Program-made: the position numbers and the translations under genes
DNA from: Thermotogota bacterium
GTDB taxonomy: Bacteria > Thermotogota > Thermotogae > MWEM01
Direction: 5' to 3'
DNA: 64,000 nucleotides
Assembly: GCA_036743375.1 (NCBI GenBank)
Contig: DAINPP010000002.1
Coordinates: forward strand, 74,757-138,756
Notes under the pieces: generated by a model
Told to the model about the DNA's origin: nothing
What the model saw: the letters and a program-made list of their open reading frames with translations, nothing else
Databases searched by the model: none
Shown here: positions 9,098-18,523 of the stretch, piece by piece
How positions within the stretch are numbered: position 1 is the first letter of the stretch
Layout of the letters: the number at the start of each line of letters is the position of its first letter

Positions 9098-11464
9098 TCA
9101 GAGGAGACCAAGTTCTCTCGCCTTATTCACGGCCATCACCCTTGATTTGACATGCAGTTTGGCGAAGATATTCTGATTGTATCCCTTGACGGTACTGAGT
9201 GCAAGATAAAGCCTCTCAGAAATCTGTTTATTGCTCAATCCCCGAGAGATAAGTTTTAAGATCTCCAGTTCACGGCGGGTCAGCGGTTCTATCAAGTCTT
9301 GATTTTTCCGGAATTTCAAAGAGCCCTGTTCTGAAAAGGCTTTTAGAAAATCCGCCATCTCTTCATCACTCTCTGAAATGGCTTCTGCCATCTCGTACTC
9401 ACCTTTAAGGATATAATTCCTTATCTTCAATTCTCTGATGCTCCACACATCCGGTATCGGGTTCGGGAAATACAATTCATCGGCTTTCTTCAACGACGAC
9501 AGGGCCTCGTCATAGTTTCCGTTTTCCGATTCGATCAACGAGTTCATCGTATACCATTTGTGTTTCCAGTCGGGAAGAGAAGAACACTCACCACTCTTTT
9601 TACTTTCCAGGAGGTATTGCTGAGCCGCTTCAAACTCGCGTTTCATGTAGCTGATCCTGCTCAGGATGAGGTATAATGAGGCATTCAGAAGTTTCAGCAA
9701 AGCACTTTCACTTGTTCTTTCAAGCGTATCCAAACATAGCTGTTCCGCAGTCTTCATCTTTCCAAGTTCAATCAGCAGTTCCGCGTTGACAACCTGGACT
9801 GAAAGTTCGGCGAATTTCTGATTAACCCGTCTGAAATCATCTGTTGCCTCATGAATCTTTTGATAGGCCTTTTTCAGTTCTCCGTTTCGCCATAGTGAAA
9901 AACCAAGCAGCATATTGATCACACCTCTTCGATGAAAGTTCATTCCATGATATTCTTTCAAAGCCTTCTCGGCATAAGCCCCACTCTGTTTCTCATCTCC
10001 CGTAGAGGCATAATAATACGCCCAGGCACTCGCTATCGTTGAGGGAAGCATCTCAAACTGCTCAAGATCTGAAACCTTGATTTCTGCCGAAGTGGAAGGA
10101 CCATCCTTCTTTTCCCTGTATTCCTCATACATCTCCAATGCCGCTGTCAGTCTTTCTTTCACACCATAAAAATCTCCCGTATCCAGTTTTGCCCAGGCGT
10201 ATCCGGTATTTAAAACAGGACGATTCAGGATATACCGTTCCGGAATCTGCTTTACCAATTCCAACCAGCTATCCGTTTGGAGTGTCATATCCATCTTGGC
10301 CCATTCAAGTTCCGCCATCTCCCCGGTTAGTTCATAATCTTCGGCTAAAATGGCCTGTCTGATGGCCTGCGGAATGAATCCATTTTCCCTGTACCAGAGA
10401 CAAACTCTTTCATGCATATTTTTCAATTCAGACTTATCCCTTTCTGACATGCTTATTAACCTTTGCCTGAGCATCTCAGAGAACAGATGATGATACCGGT
10501 ACCATCTTCTTTCATTATCCAGTTCAAACAGAAAGACATTCGATTTATACAGCTTCTCAAGCATCATTTGAGAATAACCGGCCTGAACATTAAGCAACCT
10601 ATCACACAATGAACCACAGAGATTTTCCAGAATCGAAGTTTTTAAGAGAAAATCAACGACATCCCCTGAAAGATTTTCCAGCACTTCTTCAAGCAGATAA
10701 TCCATGATAAACACATTACTTTCAGTAAATCCCTCGATAAATCCCCTTTGATCCGCCTGATCTCTCAAAGAGATGGCTGATAGCTGAAGACCGGATATCC
10801 ACCCTTCCGTTCGTGTTTCAAGTCTCTTAATCAGCTCCGGGGAGAGTTCTATCCCCATCGTATCGGAGAAAAAGTGTTCCGATTCCTCATGATTGAAGCG
10901 CAACGCTTCCGCCCTTATCTCTATCATTTCATTTCCGGCTCTCATTTTGGAAAGGGGAAAATCAGGATCCTCTCTCGTGATGATAATCATCTGTAGATTT
11001 GGAGGTCGATTCTCAAGGAGAAATCGCATGAAGGAGACAATCTCCGGATTACTGATCAGGTGAAAATCATCGAGTACGAGTAGGATGTTTTCTGAAAATG
11101 AGAAGATTTCATTGACTATTGTACTGCTTATAAAATCAAGTTTTGTAGGACCAAGGGAGTAGATCAGTTCTTCTGCATCCGGCATGAAGTCCCCGAACAC
11201 CCTTTTAAGTGCTTCGGTAAAATAGAGTAGAAACCGTTTCAGTTCATCATCACTTTTTTCAAGAGACAGCCAGGCAGGGGATAATCCACTGTCCTGAATA
11301 ATCTGACAAGCCACTGTTGTCTTCCCAAAGCCCGCAGGTGCGGATATCAGGATCAATTTCTTATCTGTCGAATCTCTTACACGATGAAGAATTCTCCTCC
11401 TGCTTATCGATTTCAGATTCCGGACCGGAACCGTCAGTTTGGTCTGTAATATTGGAATAGTCAT
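9098..11464 (-). CDS. MalT-like large ATP-binding LuxR-family regulator (LAL: N-terminal AAA/STAND NTPase, TPR-like middle, C-terminal LuxR HTH)
   Basis: Walker A ISAPAGFGKTT and Walker B LLVLDDFH. C-terminal LTRRELEILKLISRGLSNKQISERLYLALSTVKGYNQNIFAKL is a LuxR HTH. Confidence 0.8.
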   Translation of the reverse strand: MTIPILQTKLTVPVRNLKSISRRRILHRVRDSTDKKLILISAPAGFGKTTVACQIIQDSGLSPAWLSLEKSDDELKRFLLYFTEALKRVFGDFMPDAEELIYSLGPTKLDFISSTIVNEIFSFSENILLVLDDFHLISNPEIVSFMRFLLENRPPNLQMIIITREDPDFPLSKMRAGNEMIEIRAEALRFNHEESEHFFSDTMGIELSPELIKRLETRTEGWISGLQLSAISLRDQADQRGFIEGFTESNVFIMDYLLEEVLENLSGDVVDFLLKTSILENLCGSLCDRLLNVQAGYSQMMLEKLYKSNVFLFELDNERRWYRYHHLFSEMLRQRLISMSERDKSELKNMHERVCLWYRENGFIPQAIRQAILAEDYELTGEMAELEWAKMDMTLQTDSWLELVKQIPERYILNRPVLNTGYAWAKLDTGDFYGVKERLTAALEMYEEYREKKDGPSTSAEIKVSDLEQFEMLPSTIASAWAYYYASTGDEKQSGAYAEKALKEYHGMNFHRRGVINMLLGFSLWRNGELKKAYQKIHEATDDFRRVNQKFAELSVQVVNAELLIELGKMKTAEQLCLDTLERTSESALLKLLNASLYLILSRISYMKREFEAAQQYLLESKKSGECSSLPDWKHKWYTMNSLIESENGNYDEALSSLKKADELYFPNPIPDVWSIRELKIRNYILKGEYEMAEAISESDEEMADFLKAFSEQGSLKFRKNQDLIEPLTRRELEILKLISRGLSNKQISERLYLALSTVKGYNQNIFAKLHVKSRVMAVNKARELGLL

Positions 11465-11482
11465 CCCTGCACCTCAACTGTT

Positions 11483-12274
11483 CTATCTCAATATCTCTTC
11501 CATGATCTTATAGAATTCCCGTTTTGCATGCCTTTCACGCCAGGGATTATGCCCGCAGTCCTTCAGCAGATAGAACTCTGCCTCTTTATTATTTTCCAGT
11601 AATGGATTTTTCACCCCGTCAAAGGGATGCGGATCGTAATCTCCATGTATCACGCTTATCGGACATTTCACATCTTTTAAAGCTCGAAGAAGTTCTCCGG
11701 TAGTCCTTTTTCCGGCTGCCTCAGGCCAGACTTTTTCATAGATCTCTTTACTGACATTTACCTTTACAGCGGGATTGAGCTCCTCTTCATCGAAAGAGTC
11801 CGTCTTGTGAAAGAGTGCACCGGCTTTCCGGAAATAGTCATTCCCTTCTTCTCCTTTTGCTTCATTCATCAACCTGAAATATTCCCTCAGTTTATCAAAA
11901 TCCGCCTCATCAAATCGGCTCTCTCTCGTCCGGTTCATCTGTTGGAGATATTTGTCCTCAAAAGCACCGGAAGAGATCAGAATAAGCCGGCGGACCCGTT
12001 CCGGAAATTCCGCCGCATAAAAGACCACCAGCCAGGCCCCCCATGAATGACCGATCAGATCAACGGGACCGGTACATTCTTCCTGAATCGCCCGGAATAT
12101 CTCATCAACCTGTTCCGCTATCGATTCACCGTTGTGAAGCATCTCAACAATCCCCTTCTCCTCTGAAGCGAGTCCCTCACACATATCATAAAGATCGCCT
12201 GTTGCACCGGGGCCACCGTGCACGGCTATCGAACGAAAGGCTTTTCTACCATGTTTTCTGTAAATTTTAATCAC
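11483..12274 (-). CDS. Alpha/beta-fold hydrolase
   Basis: HGGPG oxyanion region and nucleophile elbow GHSWG. It is 18 bp upstream of the LAL regulator on the same strand, so probably cotranscribed. Confidence 0.7.
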   Translation of the reverse strand: MIKIYRKHGRKAFRSIAVHGGPGATGDLYDMCEGLASEEKGIVEMLHNGESIAEQVDEIFRAIQEECTGPVDLIGHSWGAWLVVFYAAEFPERVRRLILISSGAFEDKYLQQMNRTRESRFDEADFDKLREYFRLMNEAKGEEGNDYFRKAGALFHKTDSFDEEELNPAVKVNVSKEIYEKVWPEAAGKRTTGELLRALKDVKCPISVIHGDYDPHPFDGVKNPLLENNKEAEFYLLKDCGHNPWRERHAKREFYKIMEEILR

Positions 12275-12350
12275 CTCTTATTGTCAAACAAGCTATCTAT
12301 ATCATAACATCTGTCTCATTTTCTGACAAAAATATTTTTTTCAAAAGGAC

Positions 12351-12381
12351 TTGACTTTGACGCGACGTCAAGGAGTAAAAT
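12351..12381 (+). promoter_or_regulatory. MerR-type promoter: TTGACT -35 and TAAAAT -10 separated by 19 bp, the spacer holding the palindrome TTGACG-cga-CGTCAA
   Basis: -35 at 12351-12356, -10 at 12376-12381, and the inverted repeat at 12357-12371. A 19-bp spacer is the hallmark of MerR-activated promoters. Confidence 0.6.
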
Positions 12382-12410
12382 AAAAATGAGCTCAAAAGGG
12401 AAGTGATGAT

Positions 12411-13304
12411 GTGGATGATCTTAAGAAGATTGGGGAAATAGCGAAGCTCTTTGACGTCAGTACGAGAACGATAAGATATTACGAAGAAATGGGACTTCTT
12501 AAGAGTTATAGAGATCCCGACTCACAATACAGATTCTACGATACGGAGTCATTCGATCGTTTAAAGCAGATTCTTGTCCTTCGTGAACTCGGTTTATCCC
12601 TTAACGAAATAAGGATAATTTTAGAAAACAAAGACGTAACCGAAATCGCGGGGATATTCCACGACAATCTTTTTAAGATTCAGGATGAAATCAGAAGAAA
12701 TCTCATTCTTGAAGATGTGATGAAAAAACTTCTCAACATGATTAATCATGAAAGGAATTTCACTGGTGTATTGGATAATCTCGACAGATTGTCTTCAGAT
12801 GGTCTCGAAAATTTTGAGGAGGAATATCAAATGGAAAAACTGACAAATTCAGATATCAGAATAGTACGAATTAAACCGACAAAGGTGGCCGCTTACAGAG
12901 TGGCAAGCGAATCACCGGAACCCGATTCACAAAAAGTGATTATGGACTGGGCAGAGAAGGAAGGGCTCATGGCTCTCTCATCGACAAGATTATTCGGGTT
13001 TGACACCTCCCATCCAAAGGAGGATTTGCCGGTATACGGTTATGAAACATGGCTCACGGTTCCAGATGATTGTCAAATCCCGGAACCGTTGGAAGAAAAG
13101 TTTCTCAAAGGCGGACTGTACGCCGTGACGAATACAACATATGGAAATTTTGATGTTCACAAGAGATGGCAAATGCTCTCAGAGTGGTTTAAGGAAAGCG
13201 AATTCGAATATGGCGGCGGACAGTGTTTTGAAGAAATTCTGTTGGTTGAAAACCTCGACCCGTCAAAACTGCAACTGGATCTGTTTATTCACATCAAAGA
13301 ATAG
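12411..13304 (+). CDS. MerR-family transcriptional regulator with a C-terminal GyrI-like/effector-binding domain
   Basis: GTG start. N-terminal HTH IGEIAKLFDVSTRTIRYYEEMGLL. A MerR-style promoter with a 19-bp spacer lies upstream. Confidence 0.8.
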   Translation: MDDLKKIGEIAKLFDVSTRTIRYYEEMGLLKSYRDPDSQYRFYDTESFDRLKQILVLRELGLSLNEIRIILENKDVTEIAGIFHDNLFKIQDEIRRNLILEDVMKKLLNMINHERNFTGVLDNLDRLSSDGLENFEEEYQMEKLTNSDIRIVRIKPTKVAAYRVASESPEPDSQKVIMDWAEKEGLMALSSTRLFGFDTSHPKEDLPVYGYETWLTVPDDCQIPEPLEEKFLKGGLYAVTNTTYGNFDVHKRWQMLSEWFKESEFEYGGGQCFEEILLVENLDPSKLQLDLFIHIKE

Positions 13305-13325
13305 CAATGATGCTGATGAAATTGC

Positions 13326-13358
13326 AAGAGCAGCTTTTTTAAAGCTGCTCTTTTTTAT
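13326..13358 (+). terminator. Intrinsic terminator after the MerR-family gene
   Basis: aagagcagcttt...aaagctgctctt, then ttttta. Confidence 0.7.
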
Positions 13359-13443
13359 TTCTACGCCTTTATTCTGATATAATTATACGAAGATTGTGAA
13401 CACCATTTAACCAAATAACTTCAGACTCTAAAGGGGGTACGAA

Positions 13444-15048
13444 ATGAAATTTAATATCTTTGACTATCCATACGAATCGAGAAGAAACTGCTTAATTGCT
13501 CAAAGAGGTGTTGTGGCCACATCGAATCCACTCGCGGCACAAGCCGGACTGGAAATCCTCATGAAAGGCGGAAACGCAGTTGATGCAGCCATTGCTACCG
13601 CCATGTGTCTGACAATCGTGGAACCCACTTCAAACGGAATTGGTGGAGATAATTTTGCCATCATCTCCAAAGGTGATAAACTGTATGGGTTAAATTCAAG
13701 TGGTTATTCCCCACAAAATATCTCCATAGAAAAACTGAAGGAAAAGGGTATTGAAAAAATAGACAGATTCGGATGGGAAGCCGTAACGGTACCCGGAGCT
13801 CCTATGGGCTGGGCAGCCTGTTCCGAAAAATTTGGCAAACTCTCTCTCGAAGAATGCGCCAAACCGGCAATCCGATATGCCAGAACAGGATTCCCACTAC
13901 AGCCGACCGTCAGTGAAAACTGGAAAAACGCCTTTGACCTCTACACAAAGACACTCGATGGTGAAAGGTACCGGAACTGGTTTGACACCTTCTCGTTTAA
14001 CGGCCAAGCCCCTGAAATGGGAAAGATGGTGTATTTAAAAAATCATGCGGATACCCTTGAAAAGATCGCCGTAACAGATGCCAAGGCCTTTTATAATGGG
14101 GAACTGATGGAAAAGATCGTGACGTTTTCCGAAGAAACCGGTGGTTATTTCATTGAAGATGATTTCAGAGATTTCAGATGTGAATTCGTTGAACCCGTCG
14201 GCATCAATTACAGGGGATATGATATCTGGGAAATTCCGCCAAATGGTCAGGGGATCATTGCCTCAGAAGCACTTGCCATCCTCGAAGGCTTCGAATGTCA
14301 TGCGCGGGATCCGCTGTATTTCCACCATCAGATAGAGGCTCTGAAACTTGCCTTTGAAGATGGTAAAAAATATATCACTCAGTCAGACAAGATGGCATTT
14401 GACTATCATAAACTGCTTGAAAAGGCCTACATAGAAGAGAGAAGAACCCTGATCTGTCCGGATGCCCTGCTTCCGGCAGCCGGAAATCCGACTCAAAGCG
14501 GAACGGTCTATCTCGCCACCGCCGATCAGGATGGCATGATGGTTTCTTTCATTCAGAGCAATTACATGGGATTCGGCTCAGGACTCGTCGTTCCGGGAAC
14601 CGGTATTGCCCTGCAGAACAGGGGACATAGTTTTTCACTCGACAGACATGCTGCAAATGCCCTTGAAGGGCATAAGAGACCGTATCACACCATCATTCCA
14701 GGGTTTATCACAAAAGATGGAAAATCCATCGGCCCGTTTGGTGTTATGGGAGGATTTATGCAACCTCAGGGTCATCTCCAGGTCATCTCAAACATGGTGG
14801 ACTTCCAGCTCAATCCACAGTCGGCACTCGATGCCCCGCGCTGGCAATGGACGGGTGAAAGGAATATCCTCATCGAAAAGGATTTCACTTCCTCTATCGC
14901 GCATGAACTCGCAAGAAAAGGCCATAAGATAAGTGTCTCACTGAATTCAAACCTTTTCGGACGTGGTCAGATCATCCTGAAGAATCCTGAAGGGATATAT
15001 ATCGCCGGAACGGAAAAGAGAACCGACGGACACATTGCACTCTGGTAG
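13444..15048 (+). CDS. Gamma-glutamyltransferase family protein
   Basis: 534 aa. GGT signature blocks (GGNAVDAAIA...GGDNFAI; TVYLATADQDGMMVSFIQSNYMGFGSG; GGFMQPQGHLQV). TATAAT promoter and GGGGG-type SD upstream. Confidence 0.8.
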   Translation: MKFNIFDYPYESRRNCLIAQRGVVATSNPLAAQAGLEILMKGGNAVDAAIATAMCLTIVEPTSNGIGGDNFAIISKGDKLYGLNSSGYSPQNISIEKLKEKGIEKIDRFGWEAVTVPGAPMGWAACSEKFGKLSLEECAKPAIRYARTGFPLQPTVSENWKNAFDLYTKTLDGERYRNWFDTFSFNGQAPEMGKMVYLKNHADTLEKIAVTDAKAFYNGELMEKIVTFSEETGGYFIEDDFRDFRCEFVEPVGINYRGYDIWEIPPNGQGIIASEALAILEGFECHARDPLYFHHQIEALKLAFEDGKKYITQSDKMAFDYHKLLEKAYIEERRTLICPDALLPAAGNPTQSGTVYLATADQDGMMVSFIQSNYMGFGSGLVVPGTGIALQNRGHSFSLDRHAANALEGHKRPYHTIIPGFITKDGKSIGPFGVMGGFMQPQGHLQVISNMVDFQLNPQSALDAPRWQWTGERNILIEKDFTSSIAHELARKGHKISVSLNSNLFGRGQIILKNPEGIYIAGTEKRTDGHIALW

Positions 15049-15126
15049 AAGATGAATTCCCGTTTCGGATTGTTCATCTCGTTACCGTTATGATTTACCG
15101 TTTAAAAATAAAAAGAGGGACATCAT

Positions 15127-15642
15127 ATGACGATATCGACTGAAAGACTGATTCTCGAATCTATGGAACTGCACCAGCTTGAACTGTATAGACAGAATTA
15201 CCCCCTGTTTTGTGAATCTTTCGGTTTGATGCCGAAAGAGAAAACCGTGGAAGAATTTATGAAAAATATCTTTGGGATCAAAATAAACAACATAAAAAAT
15301 GACCCAGAAAACCTTCTGTTTTACACCTATTTTCTCATTTGGGAAAAAGAAAGTGGCAAAGAAGCCGGTCTGGTCGGTTTCAAAGGAAAAAAAGACTGTC
15401 ATGATGTGTCGGAGATCGGCTACGGAATAGATCCGGAGTTCAGAAAAAGAGGCTACATGTCGGAAGCGTTGAAGGGGATCTGTGAGACATTTATACATAA
15501 CGGACTGCTCTCAGGTATCAAGGCCGAAGTCCTGAAAGAAAACTCGGCATCTGTCAAAGTCCTTGAAAACACGGGATTTCAAAGAAAAGAAGAAACGGAA
15601 GATTGTTTTTATTATTTTCTCTTTGAAAAAGACCTTCCCTGA
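15127..15642 (+). CDS. GNAT-family N-acetyltransferase (RimJ/RimL-like)
   Basis: Acetyl-CoA binding region GYGIDPEFRKRGYMSEALKGI. 171 aa. Confidence 0.7.
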   Translation: MTISTERLILESMELHQLELYRQNYPLFCESFGLMPKEKTVEEFMKNIFGIKINNIKNDPENLLFYTYFLIWEKESGKEAGLVGFKGKKDCHDVSEIGYGIDPEFRKRGYMSEALKGICETFIHNGLLSGIKAEVLKENSASVKVLENTGFQRKEETEDCFYYFLFEKDLP

Positions 15643-15760
15643 TCAAGCTCCGTTATTTATTCCCTGCCATCATGCTATAATAAATAAAGTATGATGGCTA
15701 TATTTTTTTAAACATCAATTTATTGATTGATAAAATAAACAAATAACTGGAGGGGATCAC

Positions 15761-17224
15761 ATGTTTCTCGGTATCGATGTTGGCACTACGGGGATAAAGG
15801 GGCTTGTCGTAGACAGAAACGGCAATGTGTTAAACGGCTATACACATCCGCTTGAATTAAGTATTCCATATGCGGGATGGGCTGAACAAAATCCTGAGGA
15901 CTGGTTTGACGGAGTCATCGCCATACTTAAACGGGTAGCGGAAGATTACCGAATAGACGGGATAGGCTTCTCTGGACAGATGCATAGTCTGGTCTGTCTC
16001 GATAAAGAGGGGAAGATTCTCAGAAATGCCATACTCTGGTGCGATCAGAGGACGACCGTTCAATGCAGAGAGGCCACAGAAAAAATGGGTGGTGAAGAAG
16101 CCGTCATCGAAGCCATATCCAATCCGATACTCGAAGGGTTCACCCTCGGAAAGATTCTCTGGATCAAGGAAAATGAACCGGAAATTTATAGAGAGATAGA
16201 CAAAATCATGTTGCCGAAAGACTATATCTGTATGAAACTCGGTGGCAGTTTCGGTATAGATTATTCAGACGCTTCGGGTACTGCACTGTTTGATGTTTCT
16301 GAGGGATTATGGAATCTAAATATCATAGAAACACTCGAAATTGACGAAAAGATCCTGCCACCTGTCTTTGATTCTCATGCAAAGCGAGGACTACTCAAAG
16401 AGGAATTGACCCGGCAGTTCGGATGGAAAGAGACCTATCTCGTTTCGGGCGGCGCCGATAACGCGGTCGCAGCTTATGGAATAGGCATCGCCAAACCGGG
16501 CGATACGATGGTCAGCATAGGGACATCGGGGACCGTTCTGACTGCAACGGAGGAGACAGAACCCGATTTCGTCGGAGGGGTTCATCTCTTCAGACATGTC
16601 ATTCCGAGTCAGCGGTATTACATGGGAGTCATGCTCTCTGCCGCACATTCGCTGAACTGGGCAATAAAAAATTTTGGAATTACAGATGATTTCACAATTC
16701 TCGAAGGACAGATAAAAACGGTTAACCCGGGATCAGACGGACTTCTCTTCCTCCCCTATCTGAACGGCGAAAGAACGCCACACAGAGATCCCGACGCAAG
16801 AGCTGTCCTGTTCGGTATCTCGTCCAAAACGACACGGGCTGAAATCGCAAGAGCCGTTATCGAAGGGGTTACTTTCGGTCTCAGAGACTCATTTGAACTC
16901 ATTAAGACAAAAACAAAGATCACAAACATAAGAATTGTCGGTGGTGGCGCCAAAAACAGAACCTGGTGCACCATACTCGCCGACAATTTCAAACTGCCGG
17001 TCAGTATCCCCGAAAACGATGAAGGCGGCGCTTACGGTGCGGCCATGCTTGCCGCAAAAGCCGATGGCATCAGCGATGAAGAAATCGCCTCATGGATAAG
17101 CCTAAAAGAAACCATCGAACCAAATCCGGAAAATTATGCACGATACGATGTCATCTATGAGCAGTTTAAAGGATTGTATCGGGATTTGAAAGAAAGGTTT
17201 AAAACTGTCAGCCAATTACCATAA
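15761..17224 (+). CDS. FGGY-family carbohydrate kinase (xylulokinase-like)
   Basis: N-terminal FLGIDVGTTGIKGLVVD, ILWCDQRT, and C-terminal GGGAKNRTWCTILADNF. Confidence 0.8.
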   Translation: MFLGIDVGTTGIKGLVVDRNGNVLNGYTHPLELSIPYAGWAEQNPEDWFDGVIAILKRVAEDYRIDGIGFSGQMHSLVCLDKEGKILRNAILWCDQRTTVQCREATEKMGGEEAVIEAISNPILEGFTLGKILWIKENEPEIYREIDKIMLPKDYICMKLGGSFGIDYSDASGTALFDVSEGLWNLNIIETLEIDEKILPPVFDSHAKRGLLKEELTRQFGWKETYLVSGGADNAVAAYGIGIAKPGDTMVSIGTSGTVLTATEETEPDFVGGVHLFRHVIPSQRYYMGVMLSAAHSLNWAIKNFGITDDFTILEGQIKTVNPGSDGLLFLPYLNGERTPHRDPDARAVLFGISSKTTRAEIARAVIEGVTFGLRDSFELIKTKTKITNIRIVGGGAKNRTWCTILADNFKLPVSIPENDEGGAYGAAMLAAKADGISDEEIASWISLKETIEPNPENYARYDVIYEQFKGLYRDLKERFKTVSQLP

Positions 17225-17636
17225 GTCAAGAGACTATAACAAACGGAATAAAAAATAATCGTCATCACTTATCATCAATTGATAAATCAAAATTATTTCT
17301 TCATGTGAATAAATGAGATATCTTTGTCTAAATTCGTTTAATTGACAATATTCATGTATTTTCACTATATGATAGATTTGAAAATACAAAAAGATAGGTA
17401 TATGATAATAATGTGATGGGTTATTCAGATTTTTTAAGGGATCTTTTTCCTTACTTTGAATACCACTTTGTGAAATAAAGTGCATTGAGCTCACATATTA
17501 TTGAACCGAATGGATAAAACAGATCAATTCAAACTGATTGTCTCATATGAAACTATTTGAAGATATGCCTGCCGTGAGCTATTTCATCGGTATATCTTGA
17601 TGGGCAAAAAACTGATGAACACAATAATATATTTTG

Positions 17637-18509
17637 ATGGGAGTGATTCTTTTGTTACAAAGCTTGTTGATCAATGGAACGATTAACAGTTCTATTTACG
17701 CATTGATAGCACTTGGATTTTCGCTGACATTCGGGGTTGCCGGAATTGTCAACCTTTATCATGGGGCCTATTACATGGTGGCTGCCTATCTGACCTATGT
17801 CCTGTCAAGCGCAGGCGTTCCTTTATGGTTGTCAGCTGTTTTTGCACTTTTACTGGTAATGGGCCTGGGTGGTGTCATGATGAAATACCCGTTGCTCTAT
17901 CTGAAGAAAAAAGGGGAAAGTATTTACCTTCTGATCTTCACGTTGGGAGGTGCTTATTTTACGCAGTACCTGTTAAAGATGATTTTCGGAGCAAGGTTTT
18001 ACAGCATTCCGCCATTTATGGATAACAGTGTCAGCATTGGTAGCGAGATTGTTCCCGGATCAAGGGTTTTTGCCTTTATTGTATCGGTTATAACGATCGT
18101 CGTCGTCATGCTTTTCATCGGTAAAACTTCTATCGGTAAAAAGATCACGGCAACCTCTCAGGATGTGTATGCGGCTGAACTGGTTGGAATCAACACCAAT
18201 TTAATCTTTGTTGTGACTGCAGCTATTTCAGCATTACTCGCCGGAATTGCAGGGGTTGTTATTTCACCCTATCTTTCAATTTCACCTACCATGTGGTTAT
18301 CCACACTGATCAAGGCTTTTGCAATCGTTATCTTCGGTGGGTTGGGAAGCCTCGGCGGGAGTATTATTGCCGCTTTTATCATGGGATATCTGGAAACCTT
18401 TATCTCTCTGACCTGGACCAGCAGTATGACCGAAGTCGCATTCCTGGTTGTTGTATTCATCTTCCTTATCTTTAAACCGAGTGGTTTAATGGGTAAGAAA
18501 ACTTTATAA
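17637..18509 (+). CDS. Branched-chain amino-acid ABC transporter permease (LivH-like)
   Basis: LLQSLLINGTINSSIYALIALGFSLTFGVAGIVNLYHG matches the LivH N-terminus. ATG at 17637, with an in-frame TTG at 17634. Confidence 0.8.
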   Translation: MGVILLLQSLLINGTINSSIYALIALGFSLTFGVAGIVNLYHGAYYMVAAYLTYVLSSAGVPLWLSAVFALLLVMGLGGVMMKYPLLYLKKKGESIYLLIFTLGGAYFTQYLLKMIFGARFYSIPPFMDNSVSIGSEIVPGSRVFAFIVSVITIVVVMLFIGKTSIGKKITATSQDVYAAELVGINTNLIFVVTAAISALLAGIAGVVISPYLSISPTMWLSTLIKAFAIVIFGGLGSLGGSIIAAFIMGYLETFISLTWTSSMTEVAFLVVVFIFLIFKPSGLMGKKTL

Positions 18510-18523
18510 GGGAGGGGAAGAAG

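Noticed and set aside
15715-15730. Inverted repeat TCAAT-ttattg-ATTGA upstream of the FGGY kinase gene, a possible operator.
   Set aside because: The arms are only 5 bp in AT-rich DNA, so it is indistinguishable from chance.
17234-17494. 86-aa minus-strand ORF in the liv leader region.
   Set aside because: Its composition is dictated by AT-rich DNA, it has no SD, and it overlaps the predicted liv promoter.
17225-17636. T-box or other riboswitch in the long liv leader.
   Set aside because: I could not find the conserved T-box sequence (AATTAGGGTGGNACCGCG-like) or another riboswitch core by eye. The region is kept only as a low-interest leader finding.
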